Source of the DNA: an uncultured Rivularia sp.
Lineage (GTDB): Bacteria > Cyanobacteriota > Cyanobacteriia > Cyanobacteriales > Nostocaceae
Length of the DNA stretch: 64,000 bases
NCBI GenBank assembly: GCA_963665115.1
Contig: OY762007.1
Coordinates: 1,952,001 to 2,016,000 of the forward strand
Direction of reading: 5' to 3'
Within the stretch, counting starts at the first letter, position 1. Every line of letters begins with the position of its first letter. Below are positions 23,142 to 34,735 of this stretch, in pieces. The translations under genes and the position numbers were made by a program. Under the pieces are notes generated by a model, which saw only the letters and a list, made by a program, of their open reading frames with translations, did no database searches and had not been told where the DNA came from.

Positions 23142-24701
23142 ATGAACATAATTTGGTTCCGTAGAGACTTACGTTTAAGCGACAACGAAAGTGTTGTCAA
23201 AGCAACTGCTAACAATGCAGAAGTTTTACCATGCTTTATTATCGATCCGTGGTTTTATCAGTGGAAAGATGTTGGACAAGCACGAGTCAGATTTTTGTTT
23301 GAATGTTTGGAAGATTTAGATAAAAATCTACAAGAATTAGGTAGCAAATTATATTTATTTGAAGGAAATGCGGTAGATATTCTGCAACAACTTACCCGCG
23401 AACTAAAACAGCAATCCTATCAACCAAAACTGTATTTCAACCGCGACGTACAGGTAGAATATGGAATTGCCAGAGATAAATCAATTGTAGATTTCTACCA
23501 ACTACAGAACTTAGAATATCACATCGGTTTAAGCAACTTTATCCAGCCCCAGGAAAATCGCGAAGAATGGTTTAAAGAATATTATTCTTATCAAAGAGAT
23601 ATTTTATATCCAACTCCAACTCATATCAACACACCACAATTATCTTTAAATGTACCCCAACTAACAATAGAAGAATTAAAGCAGAAATATCGGAATTTTT
23701 GGGAAACAGAAAAAGTTTATTTCCCCGGTGGAGAAACAGAAGCAACTACGGTACTAAATTCCTTTCTTTCGAGCAGATACAAAGGATACCATTGGAAAGT
23801 ATCTCGCCCTTGGATGGCACAGAAAAGAGCTACATCTCACCTATCACCACATCTTGCCTTCGGTACAGTTTCTACACGCACGGTATATCAAAGAACTAAA
23901 AAACGTGCCGAAGAATTAGAAAAACAACCCAAAGCAGGATTTTCACTAAAAGCATTCAGAGATCGGTTACGATGGCATGATAGTTTTACCCAACGCTTAT
24001 ACTCGCATCCAGAAATAGCTTACACCAATCGTTTTCCAGAATTCAACGAATACTACAAACCCGAAGAATTAACACCCCAACAGCAAGAATTATTTCAAGC
24101 TTGGTGTGAAGGAATGACAGGTTTCCCAATGGTAGATGCAAGTATGCGTCAGTTAGAAAGAATGGGTTGGATGAACTTCCGAATGCGGGCCATGTGTGCT
24201 ACTTTCTTAACAATAAACTGCGGCATTTCTTGGCATCATGGTGCTAAACACTTCATGAACTATTTAGTAGATGGAGACTTAGCTATCAATAATTGGCAGT
24301 GGCAAATGCAAGCAGGAATTACCAATCCCCTTAGCGACACCTTCCGTATTTATAATCCGACTAAAAACATCAAAGATAGAGATCCCGAATTAAACTTTAT
24401 TTACCATTGGATTGAAGAATTGCGGGGTTACAGCTTACCGGAGATACTTTCTGGCGATTACATTAACAGTAGTTACTATCCGCCACCAATAATTGATTGG
24501 TCGCAAACACGTAAAGTTAACGGTAAAATAGTTTCTAACCTACGTAAAAAAGTTAAAGAAAGATTGCTTTCCGAAAAAGGCGAAGAATACTATAATGCAA
24601 CTGCTACAAAACGCACAGTAGAAAAATATCGCGAATCTAAAGATAGACAGTATCGCGAAGTTCAAAATAAACAAGCCGGAATGATTGATACAAACCGGTA
24701 A
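23142..24701 (+). CDS. Photolyase/cryptochrome family FAD-binding protein
   Basis: WFRRDLRLSDN, TSHLSPHLAFG, GFPMVDASMRQL, DGDLAINNWQWQ, RIYNP. Confidence 0.92.
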   Translation: MNIIWFRRDLRLSDNESVVKATANNAEVLPCFIIDPWFYQWKDVGQARVRFLFECLEDLDKNLQELGSKLYLFEGNAVDILQQLTRELKQQSYQPKLYFNRDVQVEYGIARDKSIVDFYQLQNLEYHIGLSNFIQPQENREEWFKEYYSYQRDILYPTPTHINTPQLSLNVPQLTIEELKQKYRNFWETEKVYFPGGETEATTVLNSFLSSRYKGYHWKVSRPWMAQKRATSHLSPHLAFGTVSTRTVYQRTKKRAEELEKQPKAGFSLKAFRDRLRWHDSFTQRLYSHPEIAYTNRFPEFNEYYKPEELTPQQQELFQAWCEGMTGFPMVDASMRQLERMGWMNFRMRAMCATFLTINCGISWHHGAKHFMNYLVDGDLAINNWQWQMQAGITNPLSDTFRIYNPTKNIKDRDPELNFIYHWIEELRGYSLPEILSGDYINSSYYPPPIIDWSQTRKVNGKIVSNLRKKVKERLLSEKGEEYYNATATKRTVEKYRESKDRQYREVQNKQAGMIDTNR

Positions 24702-24730
24702 ACCGCCTTGGAATTTATTCCAAAGCGGTT
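24701..24730. terminator. Hairpin, likely terminator
   Basis: AACCGCCTTGGAAT-TT-ATTCCAAAGCGGTT immediately after the stop codon. Confidence 0.55.
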
Positions 24731-24831
24731 GTTGAGAATGGTGCAATATGTCAGATTTATAGGACTTTCGTTATTAGATACATTAATTGATTCCGGAGTG
24801 CGTTTTCGTGCTGATTACAATTGATGCTAAA

Positions 24832-25023
24832 TTAACTTTCTAAATCACCAACTTCAAAAGTTTGATTTTCCACCGTTACTTTATCTCCAGTCACTAATTT
24901 TCTACCGCGACGAATTTCAAGAGTGCCATTAACTTTCACAGCACCATCTACAATCATGTGCTTGGCTTGCCCACCCGTTGACGCGACACCCAACAACTTC
25001 AAAAATTGGTCAAGTTTGATCAT
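24832..25023 (-). CDS. S4-domain RNA-binding protein (YaaA/YbcJ-like)
   Basis: IKLDQFLK...TGGQAK...VNG...RRGRKL. Confidence 0.9.
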   Translation of the reverse strand: MIKLDQFLKLLGVASTGGQAKHMIVDGAVKVNGTLEIRRGRKLVTGDKVTVENQTFEVGDLES

Positions 25024-25182
25024 AATCAGTTATCAATTATCAATTATCAATTATGGTATTTTAGATTTTTGGTTAGGAGATATGAGTTAATTATTCCTTG
25101 TCTCCTTGTTCCCAATCCCCAATGCCCAATCCCCAATCCCCAATCCCCAATGCCCAATTACCCATTACCAATTCCCAAATTT

Positions 25183-28066
25183 TTAATGAAAATATCGCAT
25201 TAATATCGATTCCAATTTAACAATACCAATTGGTTTGCTTACAAAATCATTGGCTCCAGCTTGGATAAAACGACTGCGGGAATCATCATTATCTTTAGTT
25301 GGAGTCATCACTACTACAATTTTACCTTGTAAATCTGATGTTTTTCGCAAGGAAGCAAGTAAATCGAAACCGCTGACATCTCCTAACAAAATATCTAATA
25401 AAATTAGATTCGGCTGGTAAATGCGGACTTTTTCTAAAAATTCTTGTCCCTTGTGACATCCACTCAACTTGATAGCCAATAGTTTGCAAATAATCTTGTA
25501 ATAAGGTGCCGGTATGTTTATCATCTTCTACTAGCAGAATACGTTTATTTTTGATAACATTTCTGGAAACTACAGCCCTATTCAAAATGTTAACTTTTTC
25601 TTCCCATTTTTCAATAATATTTTCTTCTTGAAATTCACCATCGGGAATAAATAAAGTAAACCGACTTCCTTTTTGAAAATTAGATTCTACCGTTACATCT
25701 CCTCCATGCAAACGTGCTAATTTGCGAGTTAAAGCTAAACCCAAACCCGTACCTTCATACTGACGATTTAGCTGAGAATCAAGTTGTTTAAAAGGTTCAA
25801 ACAAATATTGAAATTGATGAGCTTCAATACCAATACCAGTATCACATACCCGAAATGCGATTCCTTGAGGTAACTTTATTACTTGCAGCGAAACTTTACC
25901 TTTAGAAGTGAACTTAATTGCATTGGTAAGTAGATTTAATAGCATTTGCTTGATTCGTCGTTCATCAGCAATACAAATATCTGCTTTTTGATCGATGGAA
26001 CAAGTTAAATCCAATCCTTTTTCTTCACCACGTTCGCGTACAGTTGATATAACATAATTACATAAATCTTCTACCCGCAAAGGCTGCAATGATAATTCTT
26101 CTTTTCCTGCCTCTATCTTAGATAGATCGAGAATATCGTTAATTAGCTCTAACAAATGTACGCCACTGCCGTATATACAGTCAATATATTCTTTTTGTTT
26201 ATCATTCATCAAACCAACAACTTCTTGTTGAAGCAACTGCGATAAACCCATAATTGCATTTAGAGGAGTTCGCAATTCATGACTCATAGTTGCCAAAAAT
26301 TCGCTTTTTGCTCGACTACCAACTTCCGCTGCTTCTTTACTTTCTCTAAGTTGTAATTCTGTTTCTTTACGTTCACCGATCTCTTCGATAATCGCCAGAA
26401 AAAATTTAGGTTTGCCACTTGAACGTACAATCAAGGAGATACTTAAATGAGTCCAAACCGTACTACCATTTTTATGTAATAGCTGCCTTTCTATTTCCAA
26501 ACGCTCAACTTTACCTAGCATCAGTTGCTTGTAAAGCCCGATATCACCATTCTCAAAGCAAATATAATCGGCAAAACTTTTTTGAATCAGATCGCGATCG
26601 CCATATTTGAGTATTTTACATAGCGCCGGGTTTATATCAACAATTTTCCCTTTAATGTCTACTAAGCAAATACCGATAGAAGAACATTCAAAAATTGCCT
26701 TAAATTGAGCTTCACTCTGCTTTAAAGCTTTTTGCGCGGTTGCTCTTTCGCCTGCTTCTATTGCTAATGTCACAAAGTCTGCAATGGAACTTGCAAAACT
26801 GTCTGCTTCAAAATTCCGCTGACGATATAATTGTATATTGTCATCACTGTATGCATGACATACTATACCTACTACACTACCTCTAAGCCAAACAGGTACG
26901 TTTAATACAGATGTGACACCAAATACAGAAAGATAAAATTTTGATAGTTCTTGGGCTATATTAGTTTCTGAAAGATTATCTACAGAATAACTACCTTTTT
27001 CTAAAGCTGCAAAGTAACTAGAGTAATCCTCTTTTTTTAAAACAATTGACTTTGAATGACTATTGTATTTGTAATTATATAAATCAATACTTTGCATTTG
27101 ATAATTGTCTTCGCCATACAGCCAAACACCGACTTGTTCAACATTTAAAATAATTGCTGCTGCTCGCGTAATTTCACGTATCGAGTCAATTATATTCCCT
27201 TGAATAAAAGCTTTACTCCTAGCTAGCTCTGCCAAAGTATTGCTTTGCTTTTTCAACAGATTTTCTCTTTGTTGTAATACTGCTTCTACTCGATTGCACT
27301 CTGTAATATCTCTTATTGCCGCTACCCGCAAATCTTGGGAACAATTAGAAATTATTTTTGCTTTAATTTCCGCTGGGAATGTAGAACCGTCTTTTCTTAT
27401 TACAGTAACTTTTAGTGTTTTTTCATAACCACTAAAGATATTTTGTTTAATTAATTCTTGCGATTCTGATGTAACTAATTCAAACCCATCTTTACCGATC
27501 AATTCTTCAAACTCATAACCAGTCATCTTTGCTAAAACATGATTTAGATCTAAAATAATTCCTTGCTCGTGCAAGATTATTCCTTCAAAAGTAGCTTCAG
27601 ACAAAAAACACCATTTCGCTTTTTCATTGTCTTCATTCTGAGAATATATATTCTTAATCTGAATATTTTCAGATGCAAAGGCACGCTTTCGTCTTTCAAC
27701 CGCAGATATTAATATGCGTTTCAAATAGCGACTATCAGTATTATTTATAACTACAACTTCGTCTGCGCCCAACTCAATGGCTTTTTGTAGAGTAACTTCA
27801 TCATCATTATCACTTGTCACCATAATAACCGTATTAGGAAACAGTGAATATACTGAGGAAATAACTTCAAAATCTTGAATATTCCTAAACGATAAATCTA
27901 AGATTACTGCATCAATAGATTTTTTGGACAATACTGAATCAGCTTCAGAGAACCCATTTACCACAGTAATTTGATGAGGCAAGAGCATTGGCTGCAACCG
28001 CTCAATATCGTTTTGATTAGTCTTTAACAGCAAGATACTATAACTATTCAATGTCATGCTCGTCAC
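25183..28066 (-). CDS. Hybrid sensor histidine kinase REC-PAS-GAF-PAS-HisKA-HATPase-REC (apparent +1 frameshift at ~25448)
   Basis: [11 protein letters not shown]-box, NAIKFT, GTGLGL. The C-terminal receiver (LILLDI...FVSKPI) continues in ORF 25183-25524. Confidence 0.88.
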
Positions 28067-28155
28067 CAGTAGAGCAGTTACCCAGAATCACGACTCAATT
28101 TAAACATTATTAGTGTCTCATAATATCTTACAAATTTGAACTTAATCCTCATTAC

Positions 28156-28197
28156 GTATTTTTACGTACACAGATTATAATAGAATCTAAGTATACT
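28156..28197 (+). promoter_or_regulatory. Possible NtcA-activated promoter
   Basis: GTA-N8-TAC (28156-28169), N22, TATACT (28192-28197). Confidence 0.4.
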
Positions 28198-28444
28198 CAC
28201 TAAACATTATCATATTAATACCAAAGGCTATAATTTAAAAGACCGTATATCTTAGAGCTATTCTCACCAACTATAAAGCTGTATTCTTCCTATAGCGGTA
28301 AACTTGGCAATATTAATATAGACACTTTTAATTTTCTGGTTTTTGTTAATTCATTTTAATTTTGATTGCAGTTGCTGTATTTACATTTATAGCTCAATAT
28401 GCTCAGAATTAGTGTAATATCAGTTATTGTCTTCGAGTTGAGTA

Positions 28445-29371
28445 ATGACCAAAGACAGCATTAGAATAGTTTCGTTGATTCCCAGTGGAACCGAGATATT
28501 AGCAGCTTTAGGATTAACCGATGCGATAGTCGGACGCTCTCATGAATGCGATTTTCCTTCTGATATAAAAAATCTTCCTGCTTGCACTCAAGCCAGATTA
28601 AATAGTAATGCTGCTAGTGGTGAAATTCACGACAAAGTTAACGAGTTACTGCAATCTGCTTTGAGCATATATCAAATTAAAACCGATATTTTGCAGCAGT
28701 TGCAACCCACTCATATTATTACCCAGGATCAATGCGATGTTTGTGCTGTCAGCTTTGGAGAAGTAGAAAACGCGCTGAAGAGTCTTACTCTTACTTCACC
28801 ACAAGTTATTTCCCTACAACCAGATATTCTTCAAGATGTTTGGAATGATATTGCAAGAGTCGCTGAAGTTTTTGAGGTAGATTCTAAACAGGCATTAGAA
28901 AGTTTACACTGGAGAGTTAAAACCATTCAAGATAAAACCCAGGCACTTACAGCTAAAAATATTCCTAGCATTGCCTGTATCGAATGGACTGAACCTTTAA
29001 TGAGCGCATCAAATTGGATTCCCGAATTAATTACTTATGCTGGAGGGAAACCTTTATTTAGTTCCACAGGGAAACCTTCCGAAATATTAAAATGGCAAGA
29101 TTTTGTCAATAGCAATCCAGATATAATCATCTTTATGCCCTGTGGTTTCGATTTAAACCGTACTCGCACCGAAGCTAGTTCATTAACTCAAAAACCCGAA
29201 TGGGAAAAACTCAAAGCAGTACAAAATAGTCAAGTGTACATCACAGACGGTAACTCCTACTTTAACCGTCCCGGACCGCGCTTAGCAGATTCGTTAGAAA
29301 TTGTAGCAGAAATCATCCATCCAGAAATCTTTCAATACGGTTATCAAGGTAAAGGTTGGGAAAAGTTTTAA
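28445..29371 (+). CDS. Cobalamin/Fe-siderophore-type binding protein (BtuF-like)
   Basis: RIVSLIPSGTEI, GRSHECDFP, YFNRPGPRL. Confidence 0.85.
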   Translation: MTKDSIRIVSLIPSGTEILAALGLTDAIVGRSHECDFPSDIKNLPACTQARLNSNAASGEIHDKVNELLQSALSIYQIKTDILQQLQPTHIITQDQCDVCAVSFGEVENALKSLTLTSPQVISLQPDILQDVWNDIARVAEVFEVDSKQALESLHWRVKTIQDKTQALTAKNIPSIACIEWTEPLMSASNWIPELITYAGGKPLFSSTGKPSEILKWQDFVNSNPDIIIFMPCGFDLNRTRTEASSLTQKPEWEKLKAVQNSQVYITDGNSYFNRPGPRLADSLEIVAEIIHPEIFQYGYQGKGWEKF

Positions 29372-29463
29372 GAAGTTAGGAGTAGTGAGTAATAAGTTAA
29401 GAGTTAGGAGTTAATAATCAGTGAAGTTTTACACCTTTAACCTTTAACCTTTGACCTTTGACC

Positions 29464-29754
29464 TCATGAATTATTTGCGATCCAATCAATCAAAGGTTTT
29501 AAATCTTCTGGTATCGCGCTTTCGGCTACCGTGACTGTATGTTGACTACCTTTATCTTCTACTGCCAGAGTATATTGAAAGCGATCGCGCTGGTTAGATT
29601 GGGCAGCTATATATGCAGGTAAATTAAAGAAATTTGCAGCTTCTAATAATATAGATACTTCCTCGGCTTTATTTTGCGGTAATTTAGCCGTATCAATCTC
29701 CATAACTTTACTTATTCCCGCAAAACCGCCGCTACGCTCTAAGGATATTAACAT
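29464..29754 (-). CDS. Protealysin inhibitor (emfourin family)
   Basis: ERSGGFAG...DRFQY motifs; lies directly downstream of an M4 protease. Confidence 0.85.
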   Translation of the reverse strand: MLISLERSGGFAGISKVMEIDTAKLPQNKAEEVSILLEAANFFNLPAYIAAQSNQRDRFQYTLAVEDKGSQHTVTVAESAIPEDLKPLIDWIANNS

Positions 29755-29907
29755 TTTGGTTGCGAATGGGGAATTGGGGAGAGAGGGGGAGAGGGGGAAG
29801 ATGGGGAGATGGGGAGACAAGGAGAATTTTAACCTTTAACCTTTAACCTTCAACCTTTGACCTTTGACCTTAATTACTCCTAACTTTCTACTCACTACTC
29901 ACTACTC

Positions 29908-30993
29908 CTAACTGTTCACTCCCACTTCTTTCCAAGCATTTTCTACAGCTTTTTGTTCGCTGCTTCCTTCTCCGTAAAGTTCTCCTGCGACTGCAATTGT
30001 TACTTCTGCGCCTTGTGTGATGTTGGCTTTTGAATCTAATTTTTCACATAAGCTAACGTACCAAATTTTTCCTGCTTTCTCCCAAGCGTAACCGCCGATT
30101 TCGGTTGCTGCTAGGTAAAAAGCTCGGTTGGGAATACCGGAGTTTATATGCACTCCGCCGTTATCTTTAGTACCCGTGTATATATCTTTCATGTGTCCTG
30201 GTTGGGGATCTTTGCCAAGTACGGGGTCGTCGTAAGCTGTTCCTGGTGACTTCATCGAGCGAATTCCCTCGCCCTTTACTTTATCGGTAAATAATCCTAC
30301 ACCAATTAACCAGTCTGCTTGATCGGCGGTTTGATTGTTGATTCGCTGTTTGACTAAAGAACCAAATACATCAGAAAATGATTCATTAAGTGCCCCGGCT
30401 TCGCCAAAATAGATTAAGTCGGCTTCATGCTGGGTAACTCCGTGGGTTAATTCATGTCCGATGACATCAACTGATTTGGTGAAACGATTAAATAATTCGC
30501 CGTCGCCGTCACCGTACACCATTTGGCTACCGTTCCAGAAAGCGTTTTCGTAATCCTTGCCGTAATGTACCGTGGAATCTATACGCAAACCTTTATTATC
30601 TATGGAAGTGCGATCGCAAATTTCTTTGAAAAAGTCGTAAGTTGCGCCAGCAGCGTCATATGCTTCGTTGACAGCTTCGTCTTCGGTAGGAGAATCACCT
30701 TCACTACGTACTACTTCACCAGGAAGCTGCTGTGCATTTTTCGCATCATATATAATCCGGTATTTTTCACCAGTTTGGGTTGCAACTTGCATACGGCCCG
30801 AATTTATCCGCTTCCCCCTAGTTTGTGCCGAAAGATTTAAAGTCTCAAAAGCCCATTCACGCTGCCTTGGAGAACCATTAACCGCCACTTTTTCTAACAT
30901 ATAGGGCGGTACAATACAACAGATAGGACATCTGTAATTCAGTGAATGGGTAAACCCTAAACCATGCGATTTTTTGTGTTTTTTTCGAGCCAT
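29908..30993 (-). CDS. M4 family metalloprotease, protealysin-like
   Basis: Propeptide CCIVPPYML, NAFW, HELTH, GALNESFSD, GGVHINSG. Confidence 0.93.
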   Translation of the reverse strand: MARKKHKKSHGLGFTHSLNYRCPICCIVPPYMLEKVAVNGSPRQREWAFETLNLSAQTRGKRINSGRMQVATQTGEKYRIIYDAKNAQQLPGEVVRSEGDSPTEDEAVNEAYDAAGATYDFFKEICDRTSIDNKGLRIDSTVHYGKDYENAFWNGSQMVYGDGDGELFNRFTKSVDVIGHELTHGVTQHEADLIYFGEAGALNESFSDVFGSLVKQRINNQTADQADWLIGVGLFTDKVKGEGIRSMKSPGTAYDDPVLGKDPQPGHMKDIYTGTKDNGGVHINSGIPNRAFYLAATEIGGYAWEKAGKIWYVSLCEKLDSKANITQGAEVTIAVAGELYGEGSSEQKAVENAWKEVGVNS

Positions 30994-31427
30994 TTAAAAA
31001 TGTTCTCCCTAAGAGAATTTTAGATTTTAGATTTTGGATTAATATAGGAAGTTGTATTCAATCTGCTTTTCCTTATTAAACCAATACAGACATGGCTTAA
31101 TGTCGCGAATGTATCAAAGTATCCTTTCGGGTAAATTATATTTTGATACCAAATTCAATGAATCTAAACGATAAAACAAACGCGAATGTTGGCTATGTTA
31201 CTTATCAGTGTTTTATTAATGCAATATAGATAATGTTTTTTATTGCTATGTAATAATTGTTTATATTTATTATTTAAAATTCAATGTATTTTAATCAGAA
31301 GAAACTTTAGAAATAATCCCTACCGAAAGCACCCGTTGTTAAACTCTATCTAAACATTTTAATCATAAAAAACGGGCAAGATGCCCGTACCACAAGACGT
31401 TAAGGAATAATCTAAAATCCAAAATCT

Positions 31428-32162
31428 TTAGATTATTCCCCCAAACACGGCTAATTGATAGTATTTCCAAGGCACTGCTACGGTATTGAATTTAGCTTCC
31501 ACTAGCATTTGCAACTGTGCATCTAAAGTTGCTAACTGGTCTTGACTGGAGTAACCGTAACTAGCAGCATAATCTACAGAATCGCTATTACTTGCCAAAC
31601 GAGAACGAACTTCTTCTATAGTCACTCCTTGTTTTTCTGCCCATTCTTTTCCTACAGTTTTATATATTTCTTCTAATATTGGCGATTCTGATAAAACTGG
31701 ATCTGCATTCCAAAAACAACCACCCTTTTTTAGACTTTTGCCGATGGATTGAAATAAGTGTGCTTTCATCTCATCACTAAGATGATGAATTGCCAATGAT
31801 GAAACGCAAGCATCAAATTCCGCTCCGATATCTAATTTTTTAGGATTATTAGCCCATTCGCCAAAATCGGCTTCTATCCCATTCCACTGCTGATATCCAG
31901 CTTCAATCATCTTTTTTCGAGCAAATTCAATCATCCTCGGCGAATAATCTAGAGCGATAATTTGAGCATCGGGACAACGATTAAGGATTTTCTTACTAAG
32001 TTCACCCGTACCGCAACCTAATTCCAAAATACGACGAGAGGTAGAAGGAATGCAGCGAGCAACAGCTTCTAGCATTTCGTCATATCCCGGCGTTAGTTGC
32101 CGCATACCAGCATCAAAATCTATAGTTTGAGCGAAAACTTCACCCGGAAATACTTGTAGCAT
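31428..32162 (-). CDS. Class I SAM-dependent methyltransferase
   Basis: ILELGCGTG, ALDYS, SSLAIHHL. Confidence 0.88.
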   Translation of the reverse strand: MLQVFPGEVFAQTIDFDAGMRQLTPGYDEMLEAVARCIPSTSRRILELGCGTGELSKKILNRCPDAQIIALDYSPRMIEFARKKMIEAGYQQWNGIEADFGEWANNPKKLDIGAEFDACVSSLAIHHLSDEMKAHLFQSIGKSLKKGGCFWNADPVLSESPILEEIYKTVGKEWAEKQGVTIEEVRSRLASNSDSVDYAASYGYSSQDQLATLDAQLQMLVEAKFNTVAVPWKYYQLAVFGGII

Positions 32163-32343
32163 GGGAATTTGTATCCTGAGAAAGCAGCATCAATATAATC
32201 ATGCATCAATTTTTGTCTTCAATGTAATATTTTTACTATCAATAGCAATTAAAGATAATTTTGCAGTCAATAGCGATAGTAACGGCTTTAGCAAACGGTT
32301 ATTGTTGTAATTACTCAAATAGAAGTATCGAACAAACCAAGAT

Positions 32344-32397
32344 TCAACGAACAAAAGCATCAAACAGTACACCAAAGCTGCGGAATTTCTTTAACAT
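32344..32397 (-). CDS. Candidate 17-aa small protein MLKKFRSFGVLFDAFVR
   Basis: ATG preceded by GAGGT at normal spacing and an A/C-rich leader. Confidence 0.35.
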   Translation of the reverse strand: MLKKFRSFGVLFDAFVR

Positions 32398-32782
32398 GGT
32401 TATAGACCTCACTAGTTTTGTGTGGTTGTGTGTTGTAAAACTTAGTTGTAATTTGTCGGGGGTTTAAACCCTTGGCATTTTTTTTGCAGAATAAAGCTGA
32501 CTCAAAATCCAATTAACCGTATAAAAACTACAAATCAGTCTTTAGTTAGCTTTAAAATTAATCCTTTAGATAGATACTATATTAGCTATTATCTATTCAG
32601 CGGATAGATTGCCAAACTATAAAGGCTTAAACTAAAATCTTGATATTCTATGGTGATTATAAGTTTTATAAATACTGATTTTTTAAATTCAAAATTATTA
32701 GACTATATTTCTATGATCCGAATTACTTTTGGATAACAAAAAAACCTTCTATTCTTTCGTATAAGTTTTTCTTGGATTATTT

Positions 32783-33699
32783 ATGGCTTTGATAGAGACA
32801 ATAAAAGACAGCATCAAGGAACTAATTGGCAGTGCAGTTAAAATTTTTCCTGCATTATTAACGGCACTAATTATTATATTTTTAACTAGATTTGCCGCCC
32901 AATTTGCTCAGAGAATAACTGAAACAATAGCCTATAAAACGGTTAGCAGTAAATCGCTACAGTTTTTGATGGTGAAAGCCGCTTCTACTACTACCTGGAT
33001 TTGTGGAATTCTGCTTGCTTGTGTAATTGCCTTTCCCGGTTTAAGTTTGGGAGATATTATTGCTACTCTCGGACTCAGTTCTGTAGCAATAGGTTTTGCT
33101 TTTCAAGATATTTTCAAAAACTTTTTTGCTGGTATTTTGATACTATTACAGCAACCTTTTCGGATTGGCGATCAAATAGTTGTCAGCGATTACGAAGGTA
33201 CCGTCGATCAAATTGATATTCGCACAACAGAAATTATCACTTATGGTGGGGAACGAGTTGTAATTCCCAATTCAACAGTATTTACAAGCGTAGTTCGAGT
33301 CAGAACAGCATTTGCTCACAGACGTACTGATTTAGCTGTAGGTGTAGATTACAATACTTCTTTATCACAAGCATCTGACATTTTAGAGCAAACAATTTCA
33401 CAAGTCGAAGGAGTTTTAGATAAACCAGAACCAGAAATCGATTTAGTAGGTTTTGGTGATAGTTTTCTATTGATTTTATGATTCGCTATTGGACTTCATC
33501 TCAACAAAAACAAGTCCGTCACGTTCAAACCAGAGCAATATTAAGTATAAAACAAGCTTTTGACAAAGCTGATATCAATATTCCTTACCCAATTCGTACT
33601 TTGTACTACTACAATCAAGACAAATATAACGATTATATGCCCGCTTCAGATGATGGGAAAGCTTCTTCGCAAGCTGACTTCGGCGATAATTTTCAATAA
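32783..33699 (+). CDS. Small-conductance mechanosensitive channel (MscS family; apparent +1 frameshift at ~33463)
   Basis: GLSSVAIGFAFQDIFKN, PFRIGD, IPNS; C-terminus GFGDS-SIDFMIRYW...INIPYPIRT spans two frames. Confidence 0.9.
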
Positions 33700-33738
33700 T
33701 AAAGCGTAATCTAATCTTTTAGAACCTATAACAAACCT

Positions 33739-33768
33739 AAAGCCTGGTAAAGGGGTTTACCAGGCTTT
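33739..33768. terminator. Intrinsic terminator (bidirectional type)
   Basis: AAAGCCTGGTAAA-GGGG-TTTACCAGGCTTT. Confidence 0.75.
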
Positions 33769-34195
33769 TCGATGAAGATTTATTAAGGTCAAATCTTTGC
33801 TTTTAGTCAATGATTTAAAGAATTGAATATTTCAAAAACTAAGGTTTACTCAACTCATAGCAAACAACGCATTTATATATTTTCCTATTTAGGAGCTTGG
33901 CTTACCGAAATTCGGTATATGCCCTTTTTTAATGCCGAAATTTACCTGGGCGTTGACCGGAGACACGTTGTCATTTACCCGACTGAGTTCTTAATGCCTT
34001 GGTAGGTGTCTTACTTATTAAGTTATCACCTCTCAAGAAAATTGAAACCCCTTGTTTACTCAAATTTACGAGTCTTCAAATTTCGCAATATTGTTAGTTG
34101 GGGATGGGGGATGGGGCATTGGGCATTGGAGATTGAGTTATTTCGATCTTAATCTGGGAAAACTATCTGGAGAGGCATTGTTATAAGGCTATTTT

Positions 34196-34735
34196 ATGAA
34201 ACCTTTTTTGAATAAAGGACGATTGATAAGCTGGAAAGATGATAGAGGCTTTGGCTTTATCAAACCGGATAATGGGGGTAAAGAAATTTTTTTGCATATC
34301 AGTGCGCTGAAAAAAGCAAGTCGTCGTCCAAAAGTCGGAGATACAATTTTGTACGAGCGAGTTACTCAATCAAAGGGGAAGGTAAGCATTGCTAGAGCTT
34401 CAATTCAAGGTGTTGCACCTCGACGCAAACCAACAAAACGGGGGGATCTATCTAAAATTATTATTCCTATTTTTCGTATTGCCATCGCGACTGCGATAGT
34501 GATTCCTACAATAATGGAATTTAATCGTAACCAAGCTCCCTCACCAATTACATCGATCGCAAAACCAGGATGTACTATCAAAGGCAACATCTCGATTAAT
34601 ACGGGAAACAAAATTTATCACCTTGCGGGTATGGAAGATTACGAATCAACAGTTATCTCGCCAGCAAAGGGAGAAAGGTGGTTTTGTACAGAATCAGAAG
34701 CGATCGCCAATGGTTGGCGTAAAGCACCAAAGTAG
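34196..34735 (+). CDS. Cold-shock domain protein with TM helix and C-terminal CxIKGNI domain
   Basis: WKDDRGFGFI/FLHIS CSD motifs; CTIKGNIS...YH...GERWFCTESEA...GWR. Confidence 0.85.
   Translation: MKPFLNKGRLISWKDDRGFGFIKPDNGGKEIFLHISALKKASRRPKVGDTILYERVTQSKGKVSIARASIQGVAPRRKPTKRGDLSKIIIPIFRIAIATAIVIPTIMEFNRNQAPSPITSIAKPGCTIKGNISINTGNKIYHLAGMEDYESTVISPAKGERWFCTESEAIANGWRKAPK

Noticed and set aside
24792..24821. DIF1 (TCCGGA) heterocyst promoter
   Set aside because: A single hexamer pointing antisense into the S4 gene, with no other support.
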